The notes under the pieces were generated by a model. That model was not told the origin of the DNA. It saw only the letters and a program-made list of their open reading frames with translations, and ran no database searches. DNA of 64,000 nt, from the IMG/VR virus record IMGVR_UViG_3300029708_000226, one strand, 5' to 3'. The position numbers and the translations under genes were made by a program. Positions 20,579 to 29,712 of this stretch are shown one piece after another (position 1 is the stretch's first letter; every line of letters starts with the position of its first letter). Origin of the DNA: a virus (lineage: Duplodnaviria > Heunggongvirae > Uroviricota > Caudoviricetes).

Positions 20579-20896
20579 TCAAGATCTATACATCGCATCA
20601 TCTTCATCCACCAGCTGTTCATTAAAATCAATCTCATCTTCATACATAAATGAATCAATTTTGCGAATACCATGATTGCCGCAGATACTATTTGGAACAT
20701 AGGCTTCAAAATCACCCCAGTTAAAGTTGTTACAGTTGCCTGCATATGTTTTTCGTCCTTCTTCTGTCTTGCAATATTCAGCGCAAGCACTTTTTACAGC
20801 CTCTTTTATATTAATGCCTTCGTCCACGTCTAATGTAAGGACCATCGTTTTCACATCCATACCATCTCTGTCAATAATGGGAATAATCGTAATCAT
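20579..20896 (-). CDS. Hypothetical protein
   Basis: AGGAGG RBS before ATG 20896; promoter motif at 20950. Confidence 0.7.
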   Translation of the reverse strand: MITIIPIIDRDGMDVKTMVLTLDVDEGINIKEAVKSACAEYCKTEEGRKTYAGNCNNFNWGDFEAYVPNSICGNHGIRKIDSFMYEDEIDFNEQLVDEDDAMYRS

Positions 20897-21001
20897 TTTG
20901 TACTTCCTCCTTTTTGATATCTCCATTTTTCTGATTTCTTCATTAATATGACAGATATAAGATGGTAAAAGAAAACGCCGGCGCAAACCGACGTTTCAAT
21001 T

Positions 21002-21187
21002 TTATATCCAGCCTTCTTCTTTCAGCCGTTTTTTGTTCTTTCTGCAATAGTGGCATAACTGAAGATCCTTTCCAACACTCCAGCCGTCTCTTCTTGCAAT
21101 GCGGGTCATGCGTTCCTTCGAGCAGATTTTTGTCATGGAAATACACTTTCCGCAGCCATCGCATACAATCTCTGTGCAAAAAGCCAT
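21002..21187 (-). CDS. Small Zn-finger protein
   Basis: CDGCG...GW...LCHYC; GGAGG RBS; promoter motif at 21225. Confidence 0.7.
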   Translation of the reverse strand: MAFCTEIVCDGCGKCISMTKICSKERMTRIARRDGWSVGKDLQLCHYCRKNKKRLKEEGWI

Positions 21188-21258
21188 TCGTTTTTCCTCC
21201 GTTTCTCTTAACCGCACATAATATGACAGAAAAATATGGAGAAAAGATTGTTTGAACC

Positions 21259-21516
21259 TTAGCGGGCAGCATAATCCTCAAATCTACGAATACATTTTGT
21301 GTCGCCGAATTCTTCCGGGCATTCGCCGAAATGTTCTCTGCATTTGTCGCATGGAAAAGCTGCAAGGGTATTTTTAAAATACGGAGTCAGTTTGTCGTAT
21401 TCTTCCAGGAGAGACAGGAAGTTGTAATATTCGGCAGCCGTCATCTGTTCAATTCTGGATTCGAGATCTTTCAAATCTGAAATTGATGCTTCTTTCATTT
21501 TCGCTAAATTAGTCAT
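21259..21516 (-). CDS. Small Cys-rich hypothetical protein
   Basis: GGAGG RBS; CDKC...C...C; promoter motif at 21552. Confidence 0.65.
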   Translation of the reverse strand: MTNLAKMKEASISDLKDLESRIEQMTAAEYYNFLSLLEEYDKLTPYFKNTLAAFPCDKCREHFGECPEEFGDTKCIRRFEDYAAR

Positions 21517-21971
21517 AATTACCTCCAAAAAATATTTTATATAATTATTATGTCAGATAAAGTAATACATAATAAAAGTCCCGAACCAGACGGTTACGGG
21601 ACTCTTATTTCAATCTTATATCCAGCCTTCTTTCAACTGCTTTTTGTTTTTCTTGCAATCAGGGCATAATTGAAGATCCTTTGTAAAATCCAGTCATTTT
21701 TATAAACTTAATCCAAATACAATACGCGCATTTTGACAATTGGTATCTTTCACCAGATTCCATTTGTTTGTCACAGGATTCAGATATCAGCACCCATCAA
21801 TCATTTCTCCTTTCTTACATTATCTGTTCTGGATTTTACTTCATAGCATCCATGTACATTCGGAAAGCCCTTTCAGCAGCAACTGTCTTGATTTGAATTT
21901 CTGCATAAAATTTCATCTGCCGAAATATTCCGTCTATGTCCCGTCTATAGTCAAAGACTTAGCTGGGGTGA

Positions 21972-22346
21972 TTAACTTCTATTAATTATATCCACGATAT
22001 CGCCAACATGAATGTGATAAGGATGAACCGCGGCACTGTAATTTTCAAACATTTCGACAGCTTTTTCTTTTGCTTCTTCTACTGAAGATGCCTTGACTGG
22101 AATGTCAATTTGAGTGGAAAATGTAACAGTGTACGTTTTTTCGCTACTATTTTGGCGGTTTTCATACAGCATTATCAACTCCCCGTAGTTTTTAGCACCT
22201 GGCATAAGTTCTTTGATATTTGAGCCGTCGTGATGTTCCGTCACTACATAGATGTTTCTGGTATTAGTGTCGTAATAAGCGCGACACTCCGTTTCATCGA
22301 TAAACATTGTGTAGTTCTTTTCATCGAACCAATTCTGATTAAACAT
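21972..22346 (-). CDS. Hypothetical protein, paralog of 20128-20502
   Basis: MFNQNWF...YYDT...NIY...YTVTF. Confidence 0.75.
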   Translation of the reverse strand: MFNQNWFDEKNYTMFIDETECRAYYDTNTRNIYVVTEHHDGSNIKELMPGAKNYGELIMLYENRQNSSEKTYTVTFSTQIDIPVKASSVEEAKEKAVEMFENYSAAVHPYHIHVGDIVDIINRS

Positions 22347-22663
22347 AATTTTCTCCTTCTTTCTTTGTCTGGTGCTATTATTATGAGTGAAAAAGTAAAT
22401 AAAATAATTCTTATACAGTTACAGACCATACGTTCGATTAGTTGTTCTCAAGATATTTTTCCGTCCGTATCCCGTCAATTTCCCTCCCGGTATCGTTTGC
22501 GGAAGTAGCAGTGGAATGATTTTTGATCCAGCATTATTACGTTCGCGAATAAAAACTGTGAAATAAATGATAAATGGTGAGGATATGAAGTATATGCGTT
22601 TGGGGCAAAAACGGCAGACGAATGGAATATTTCGGGAACCAGACGGTTCCCGAACTTCTTTCA

Positions 22664-22831
22664 TCAATTATTCACTTTTTCCATTTCTGCTAATGCTGCG
22701 TTATAATCATCGACGGAATAATCTGCCAGGATCTTTTCTTTCGGTACACCGTATTTGATCATATTGCAGATAGCTTTAATAGTAACCTCTGCTCTTTCTT
22801 CTTTTATGATTCTTTCCATAACGGTATTCAC
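22664..22831 (-). CDS. Stand-alone RpnS-like small protein (Rpn C-terminal domain)
   Basis: GGAGG RBS then GTG; VNTVMERIIKEERAEVTIKAICNMI..G..KEKIL aligns with the C-terminus of 23875-24460. Confidence 0.7.
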   Translation of the reverse strand: MNTVMERIIKEERAEVTIKAICNMIKYGVPKEKILADYSVDDYNAALAEMEKVNN

Positions 22832-22912
22832 TTTGGCTTCCTCCATCCTTTTTACTAATTTCATTCCTCTTCGGAATATTCTGATAAAATTTTCTTTAGA
22901 TAATCTTGTGTG

Positions 22913-23668
22913 TCAGTCTTTCCAGAAACAGTACAGACAGTTGTGTGGACATTTCTGTCGCGGTCTGTTCAAGAGCTCTGTCTTACAGGACAGACAGTGA
23001 CAGCCGTTTCTTTTCTGAGGGTTTACGGCCATATCGGCTTCATAGTCGAGTCCCATTTTGTAAATGTCTTCATGACTGACGCAGCCCTGGATGTAGAAGG
23101 TTTCAGGAAACCATTCTGCAAGTTTGTCTTCTGCGCATGTGGCAAAACGCATGCCTGTCTTGGCAAGTGCTTTTCCGACCAATTCAATCTGGTCATCATT
23201 TGGGGAAAATCTTCCGCCATACATCGGTTCAAATCCTTTGGCTCTGTAGCGTTCTCTGACGTGTGGATATTCATCTACGATGCTCATGCGATGACTTGTG
23301 ATGCCGGTTTTAAGTGACTGGAAGTAATCGAGCATGTGCAGGACTCTGTCGACTCCTTTCTGTGTCGGAAACACAGGATCGACGCGCAGCACTACGTCGC
23401 AAAGGTCAGGGCAGATGTCGATGAGATGCTTTGTGTTTTCAAGCTGCGTCTTGTAGTCAGGCACGTTTGGTTCCATGACGGTTCCGCCCCAGCCTGTGCA
23501 AGTTGCGTGTAAGATAATCGGTTTATTTTTCGCCACATCAAACACAGCCTGCGTGAACGCGTTTGTGATATTTTTCGTGATGAGAATTGCACCGTCCATG
23601 TCTGTCAATCTGTCTTTCCAGCGAAGGTCGATTCCGGCGTCGCCGTATTCTGTTATACCGATTTTCAT
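22913..23668 (-). CDS. DUF1848-like (radical-SAM-related) protein
   Basis: ITKN, VMEPNVP, LRVDPV, TCAE, QKRNGCHC...CPHNCLYCFW. Confidence 0.75.
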   Translation of the reverse strand: MKIGITEYGDAGIDLRWKDRLTDMDGAILITKNITNAFTQAVFDVAKNKPIILHATCTGWGGTVMEPNVPDYKTQLENTKHLIDICPDLCDVVLRVDPVFPTQKGVDRVLHMLDYFQSLKTGITSHRMSIVDEYPHVRERYRAKGFEPMYGGRFSPNDDQIELVGKALAKTGMRFATCAEDKLAEWFPETFYIQGCVSHEDIYKMGLDYEADMAVNPQKRNGCHCLSCKTELLNRPRQKCPHNCLYCFWKD

Positions 23669-23874
23669 TTATTGCTGTCCTCCTTTTATCTTAGATATCC
23701 TTATTATGACAGATTTCTGTATTTGAAAGACGCCACTCATAATCGTAAATGTGTTCGATTAATTGATTTTTTGTATGTTTCCGTTCGTATTATATTTATT
23801 ATCGATATAGTATCGTTACGAAGTAGTAGCGAAAGAAATCCGGAGCCAGACGGCCCCGGATTTCTTTTTGTTCA

Positions 23875-24460
23875 TTATTCAGTTTTTTGTGATTTTAACG
23901 CTGTTTCATATTCCTCGACAGTATATTTCGTTAAAATTTTATCCTTGGATAAGCCAAGGTCAATCATATTGCGGATTGCTTTATTGGTGACTTCCGCTCT
24001 TTCCTCTTTTAAAAGCTTTCCCATAACAGTATCCATCTCGGTTTTTCCTCCTTCAGATGTCTTGAGAAAATTAACACTCTTAGATAACGCAGGAAATTCT
24101 TTGGATTCAAACTGCGTTTTTGTGAAGAGCTCCATAAGATGAGATATTTTTGTTCCATCCTTGATCTTGGTGTTCACAAAAACTTCATGTAAGCCGTCAT
24201 CGACAGTTACGCCATTTTCCCGGATTGTTTTATCGACATGATAGATCGTCTTGTTATATCCAAAGATATCGAATTCTGTAATGTAAACTACGTATACATC
24301 AACAACATCTCTGAATTTGTCTCCGGGATTGCTTTCTCTGACGGTAACACTGGCGGCGTTGAATCTTGCTCTTCGAAGATGATCGTCATTGTCGGCCCGC
24401 TGAATCTCAATATTGCACTTGGATCCATCTCCCATTGTGCACATGGCATCCAGACGGACG
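23875..24460 (-). pseudogene. 5'-truncated Rpn / PD-(D/E)XK nuclease-family (transposase_31-like) gene
   Basis: VRLDAMC..GDG..CNIEIQ...RRARFN...VVYITEFDIF...FVN; in-frame TAA just upstream of VRLD, N-terminus missing; internal AAGGAGG-ATG at 24036. Confidence 0.75.
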
Positions 24461-24690
24461 CATTATGAATGATTTCCACATTTGAAAGATTTTGCTCATT
24501 GCTCTCGTACATATGTTCGTCTAGTTGTTCTTCATATACTATGATCGATTGGAATAGTAGTGCCATTCCGCAGGTGTTTTCCGGATATGTCCCGTTTATG
24601 CCCGGTTCGCGTATACTAAAGGATAAACGTTGCGAAAAAAGTTATTCGATGCCGTGGTGTATGCGTTTGGGGCAAAAACGGCAGATGAAC

Positions 24691-25325
24691 GGGACAATAT
24701 ACGGCGCATTTGTCGAAAAACGTTTTATGAAGGGGACAATAAGTTATCCTTTTTGTTCTGCCTTTTTTTTGACGAGAGGGACAATATATAGTTCTTTTCG
24801 GAGAATATGTGAGGGGAACGTGGGCGGAAACTGCGTATAAAAGGGATATACTATTGTCCCTTTTGTTACGCCGTTTTTATGTGGTCTGCGTATAAGAGGG
24901 ACAATATATTATCCTTCTTTTTATGCGGTCGCGTGGGGAAAAGACGGAAAAAGGATACGCTGAAAGGGACAATATTATGTCCCTTTCAGATAAATGACGG
25001 GAAATGTATTAAAGGGGCAATATATTGTCCCTCTTGTGAAATACGCGGGGAAACGCAGTAAAAATGAGGGGACATAATATTATCCCTTTCGCGCAGATAA
25101 GCAGTGCATAAGGGGGATAATACATTATCCCTTTCGGATACGGAGACATAATAAGAGGAACATATTGTTATCCCTTTGTTGCGCCGTTTATGTGCGGAAA
25201 GCGAATTTGGGGGCAATATATTGGCTCCTTTGTGTATACGGACAGCGAATGAACGGGACAATATAGTGTTCCTTTCGGGGGTTTTGCCCTCTTTTTTCGC
25301 TGCAGACAGGATAATGTATTGTTCG
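24691..25325. repeat. Array of 13 imperfect 18-bp palindromes, consensus GGGACAATATATTGTCCC
   Basis: Starts at 24691, 24733, 24778, 24843, 24898, 24966, 25014, 25069, 25114, 25157, 25210, 25255, 25308. Confidence 0.92.
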
Positions 25326-25970
25326 TTTTATGCGGAAATGCCGGGAAATGCACAGGAAACGCAGATAATATTGGATGCGGGAATGATGTATACGTTGGGA
25401 GAATAGGCGGAATAATACGGGAAATGGGAGGCTTATACCGGCTTTTCCAGTGCTTTTCCGCTATTTTTATCCGGAAGGACAACAATCGCTAAAGGATCCG
25501 GTAATGTGCCGTTATCGAAGTTTATGCGTATAGCCTGCGGATATGCAGAAAAATCGGGAAACGATACGGGAATGAGCGGTACGTTTTGACGGAGGAGACT
25601 GCGATAAGATGCGAAAACGGCAGATTATCGGCGTTCCTCTTCGTTTTCCGTCTTCGGAGATATACGCAGATGAATACTGGAGGGAAAATATAGTAAAAAT
25701 GATCGGTGAACGCTTTGATTTATGATAGTGAAATACGTAGATGAAGCATGGACGGCGGATTGCGCGGTCGGTGGGTTGTTTTACGCGGATGGCTTCCTAA
25801 GAAGGTTTTGTACTGAGAAAAAATGAGGAACGGCTCGCAGATTGCGTGGACGGGTATGGTTGGATACGTTGAGGGTACGTGGACGGGACATTGACGGGAT
25901 ACGGACGGAGCGAAAACGGATTGGAAACTTATACCAGATTCCAAGTGGCTTTTTCGCAACTGTTCTGTTA

Positions 25971-25998
25971 TGTTTCCATAACACTCATTATGGAAACT
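25971..25998. other. dif-like tyrosine-recombinase site (11-6-11)
   Basis: TGTTTCCATAA-CACTCA-TTATGGAAACT; arms are inverted repeats; right arm is 10/11 to the Bacillus dif arm TTATGTAAACT. Confidence 0.75.
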
Positions 25999-26409
25999 GA
26001 AAATTACCCCTGAAATCGTTCATTTTACATAAAAGCCACAACGCAGCGATACGACATTTTTATTATAAAACGCCAGAAACCCTTACAAATACTGGATTTT
26101 ATTTATAATTTCCGCCTTCCGCTTTTATATATAATAGCGGCAAAAACCGCTATTTTATTTCTATATATGGAATTTTATTTTAAAATGCAATTTTCTCTGA
26201 TTTTTCTGATTCAGATACTAAAAAAAGCGTCCATTTCGGCTATTTTTATGGTTTAAAGAAGCCTTTTTCGCCATTTTGAGAGCCATCTAATCTTTTTGTT
26301 TTCTTATTTTTATCGAACATACATTCTTTTTAAATTCCATAACGGAAAAATCTTTTCGATACAGTTTTCTTTCATAATAATGGCACACAAATGAAGGAGG
26401 TATATCGTA

Positions 26410-27441
26410 ATGGGTTATGCTATTATAGGCGTTGGGAAAATATGTTCCATGGCAAAAATGAACGCGGCATCCGAACATAATCTGCGCCAGACAGATGTTC
26501 CGAATGCGGATAAAAACTTAGAACACTTAAACGACGAACTTATATCTACAAATGGAAAAAGCTATACGGAATTGTTTCAAGAAAAAATCAATTCTCTTGA
26601 ATATTATCAAAATCACAAGCCACGATCGAATGCTGTTCTTGCTATAGAAGTCGAAATGTCATTTTCTCGGGAAGATAAAACGAAAATCGATATTGAAAAA
26701 TGGAAAAAAGACAACGTTGAATGGCTCAAAGGATATTTTAATAAAAATCCTCTTGTTTATGGTGATAATGTGATCAATGTTGTATATCATGGCGATGAAA
26801 CCACCCCTCACATTCATGCGATTGTTGTTCCTATAGACGAAAAAGGGCATTTGAATGCTTCAGCGTATATTGGAGGTCCTCGTATGATGCGGGAATTACA
26901 GACTTCCTATGCTGAATATATGAAGGATCGCCATGGTCTCGAACGCGGTACAGAATATTCCGTGGCAAAACACGAGCAGGTAAAAAGTTTTTATACCGCA
27001 TTAACAACCGCCATGAAAGAACGGACGGCTCCGGAAATTCAACCTGGTGATACTTTGGAATCATACAAAAAACGTGTTGATGAATTCGCGAAAGAAATGA
27101 ATACAGAAAAATTTGCCATCAAAAAACAAATGGAAAAAGAGCGGATCGAAGCTGTCAATAAAGAACGTTCTAAGAGTATATCCGCTAATGAGGGACATAA
27201 ACGTAATATGAAACAGCTTCATAAGCTTGAAAAGGAGCATGATGAACTGGTTCACGAATACGGCGAAATATCGCTTATTAAAAAGAAATTAGAAACCATA
27301 GAGAGTTTGCGGGAAGCGTTTGATACTTATCCTGACGAGCATGAACGCGAACGCGTAAAGCAGGATATGAACCGATACACCGCATACGGGCAAAAAGAAA
27401 GACGAAAGAAAAAAGAACTCGAACATTCCAAAGAAAGGTAA
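26410..27441 (+). CDS. mobV: MobV/Pre (Mob_Pre) relaxase
   Basis: EHNLR...N.D....LN, R.NAVLA.E, H.DETTPHIH, LQ..YA......GLERG; AAGGAGG RBS; promoter motif on the + strand at 26368-26381. Confidence 0.92.
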   Translation: MGYAIIGVGKICSMAKMNAASEHNLRQTDVPNADKNLEHLNDELISTNGKSYTELFQEKINSLEYYQNHKPRSNAVLAIEVEMSFSREDKTKIDIEKWKKDNVEWLKGYFNKNPLVYGDNVINVVYHGDETTPHIHAIVVPIDEKGHLNASAYIGGPRMMRELQTSYAEYMKDRHGLERGTEYSVAKHEQVKSFYTALTTAMKERTAPEIQPGDTLESYKKRVDEFAKEMNTEKFAIKKQMEKERIEAVNKERSKSISANEGHKRNMKQLHKLEKEHDELVHEYGEISLIKKKLETIESLREAFDTYPDEHERERVKQDMNRYTAYGQKERRKKKELEHSKER

Positions 27442-27487
27442 CAAAATAACCGCACCTCATTTGAGAGCGCGGTTATTCTATATAATC

Positions 27488-27676
27488 TCAATAAGCATTG
27501 TGCTCTTTAAAGAAATCTTCTCTTGTGTGATATGTTTTGCCTTTAGTCTCTATCCAATAAGCCTTGGGATTATTTTTCACAAAATCAATTATTTCTTTTG
27601 TTATATGATCATTATAAAAAAATTCAATTCTATATCCGTTAATACAACGATTATCTGATATTCTTATAAGTATCAT
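27488..27676 (-). CDS. Small hypothetical protein
   Basis: AAGGAAG upstream; follows recombinase; convergent terminator after mobV. Confidence 0.5.
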   Translation of the reverse strand: MILIRISDNRCINGYRIEFFYNDHITKEIIDFVKNNPKAYWIETKGKTYHTREDFFKEHNAY

Positions 27677-27716
27677 TTATGAAATCTTCCTTTCTCAGCT
27701 ATTATACATTACCGTT

Positions 27717-28751
27717 TTATGTTCCTTCATTTCGCCGCAGATTTCTCACCGCAGCCACATCTGAATCATCCGTTTCTGCATATATCGTGGTTGATGTTAT
27801 ATTCCGGTGACCGAATTGCTTTTGCACGAGGCTTATATCATGCGTTGCCTTCAAAAGAGACATACCGCATGTGTGCCGCATTTTGTGTGGAGTGAATTTC
27901 TCTGCATTTGTTACTGCAGAAGCAGTAGCATATTTTTTGATCAGTATTTCTACCGATCTTACAGATATTCTGTGCCCCTTATTATTTCCCACAAACGATA
28001 ACAGCAGCGCATCTTCATTATCGGCAACAATCTTTTTGCGTATCTCAAGATAATCCAGAATATATTCCTTTGATTTATCTGAAAAATACACAATATCGAT
28101 GTCGCCGCCTTTGCGCTGAACGGTCATGCGGCATCTTTGCAAGTCAATATCTTTGATATCCAGTCCAACCAGCTCTGAAACACGTACACCGGTATCGTAA
28201 AGCAAATTTACGATAAGAATATCTCTGGATGCCGTCATGATAGTATCACGGTATTTTGTTTCCCGATCCGTAAGACCATGTGCTGTATCTACTGAGTACA
28301 TAAACTTTTTTGTATCCGTTTCGTCCAGATATATTCGCGGAGACTTTTTATGCTTCGGTCTGATCACGCCATCGACCGGATTTGCCTTCAATTTTCCGTT
28401 TTTGATAAAATATACGTACAATGCAGAAATAGCCCTTAAATAAGCCCGTAAGGTCTCGTCATTGTCGCCTGTAAAACGCAGCGCATGCATAAAAGAAATA
28501 ACATCATCGGAAGTTATTGACTCAAGGTCATCAAAATTAATTTCCTTCGGCTTTTTCGAAATAATGTCGTTATCAGCTATCCATACGAAAAATACATTAA
28601 GCTGCCGCGAATAATTAGCCAGCGTAGACGGAGCTCTGGATAGAGAAATTGCATTCATATACTCGGTGACTGCCTGAGGAAGAGAAGTGGATAATTCCGT
28701 CACAACAGACATATTCTTTTTGTCACGTTCTTTAAAATAGTTTTTACCCAT
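27717..28751 (-). CDS. Xer-family tyrosine recombinase
   Basis: TGVRVSELVGLD, RKGG, TPHKMRHT, GHRNITSTTIY catalytic motifs. Confidence 0.93.
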   Translation of the reverse strand: MGKNYFKERDKKNMSVVTELSTSLPQAVTEYMNAISLSRAPSTLANYSRQLNVFFVWIADNDIISKKPKEINFDDLESITSDDVISFMHALRFTGDNDETLRAYLRAISALYVYFIKNGKLKANPVDGVIRPKHKKSPRIYLDETDTKKFMYSVDTAHGLTDRETKYRDTIMTASRDILIVNLLYDTGVRVSELVGLDIKDIDLQRCRMTVQRKGGDIDIVYFSDKSKEYILDYLEIRKKIVADNEDALLLSFVGNNKGHRISVRSVEILIKKYATASAVTNAEKFTPHKMRHTCGMSLLKATHDISLVQKQFGHRNITSTTIYAETDDSDVAAVRNLRRNEGT

Positions 28752-29054
28752 ATCTACGTACCTCTGAGCTAAATTACATTTCTTTATATAATTATTATGA
28801 TAGATAAGTCAAAAACACGCAAATTTCTGCACAAAAATATCCTTTGGAAAAGAAGCAGAAACATTTTCCATATATGGATTTTGAGCAAATGCTTTAGAAT
28901 TGACATAATGGATCATGGCAATACGGGTTGTGTACATTTATAATTTAAGCGCGGGTCTGGCGAAAACGGCGCTTTGACGGAATTGGTTTTTAGCAGACAC
29001 GCTGGATGAATTTGTAAGAATGAAATAATTCCACAAAGAATATAAATATATTTG

Positions 29055-29115
29055 AATGGAATATGAAAATTCCAACACACATAAAAATATGGCTAAATGG
29101 AATTTGAAAATTCCA
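29055..29115. repeat. Two palindromic 20-mers AATGGAATwTGAAAATTCCA
   Basis: 29055-29074 and 29096-29115, in the divergent intergenic region. Confidence 0.6.
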
Positions 29116-29336
29116 GTGGGAATAATAATCGCCAAGTCTTATAATTTTTATCAAAAGCAATATTCTTTTCGCAACTTCGAAAAGATGCGAACACATATTT
29201 GTATAAAAATACTCTCCCATTTGCAGTTATATGTTATAATATGAGTTGAAATCATTCATAATAAGTATATGAGGATAAAATATTCATTAGATAAAATCGC
29301 AAATATAATTAAAAAATTTGGAAGGAGACTCTATTT

Positions 29337-29651
29337 ATGATTTCACCAAACTATATGTGTTCTGTAAGCCTAATGGATAATAAAACAAAAATAATGGGTA
29401 ATATTGATTTTGCAAATAAAATTGCAGAAATCACGAAAATATATTTGAGGCAAGGCTTAAGTTTATATGACGCCCAAGAAAAACTTAAAAACACGTTATT
29501 GGAGAAGTTTGGCGCGAATTGGTATGAGAAAAGTGGTGAAGCTGTTAATTTTATCATTGAAAATGAATACGCGAATGCTGAAAGAATAGCTTTGCCGGCA
29601 TTTGACGTAAGACAATATGAAAAAGATAGAAAATTAAATGTTATGTATTGA
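29337..29651 (+). CDS. Hypothetical protein
   Basis: AAGGAG RBS; TGTTATAAT upstream; bidirectional terminator about 29655-29700. Confidence 0.65.
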   Translation: MISPNYMCSVSLMDNKTKIMGNIDFANKIAEITKIYLRQGLSLYDAQEKLKNTLLEKFGANWYEKSGEAVNFIIENEYANAERIALPAFDVRQYEKDRKLNVMY

Positions 29652-29712
29652 AATAAAAAACAACCCTTCTCTCATTCTTAGAGATTAAGGGTTGTTTTTA
29701 TTTATTTTTTAA

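Noticed and set aside
23782..23809. Second dif-like site CGTTCGTATTA-TATTTA-TTATCGATATA
   Set aside because: Weak arm matches in AT-rich DNA; much poorer than 25971-25998
24691..25325. Palindrome array as a CRISPR array
   Set aside because: Repeats are only 18 bp and degenerate, spacers vary from 24 to 50 bp in helical steps, there is no GAAA(C/T)-type end and no adjacent cas genes
24469..25984. Short ORFs overlapping the array and G-rich region
   Set aside because: No RBS or protein-like composition; products of repeats and strand skew
26120..26400. MOBV oriT/RSA
   Set aside because: A hairpin (ATAGCGG-CAAAAA-CCGCTAT) and a CACAC next to the -10 are present, but no convincing pMV158-type inverted repeat with nick site; location only presumed
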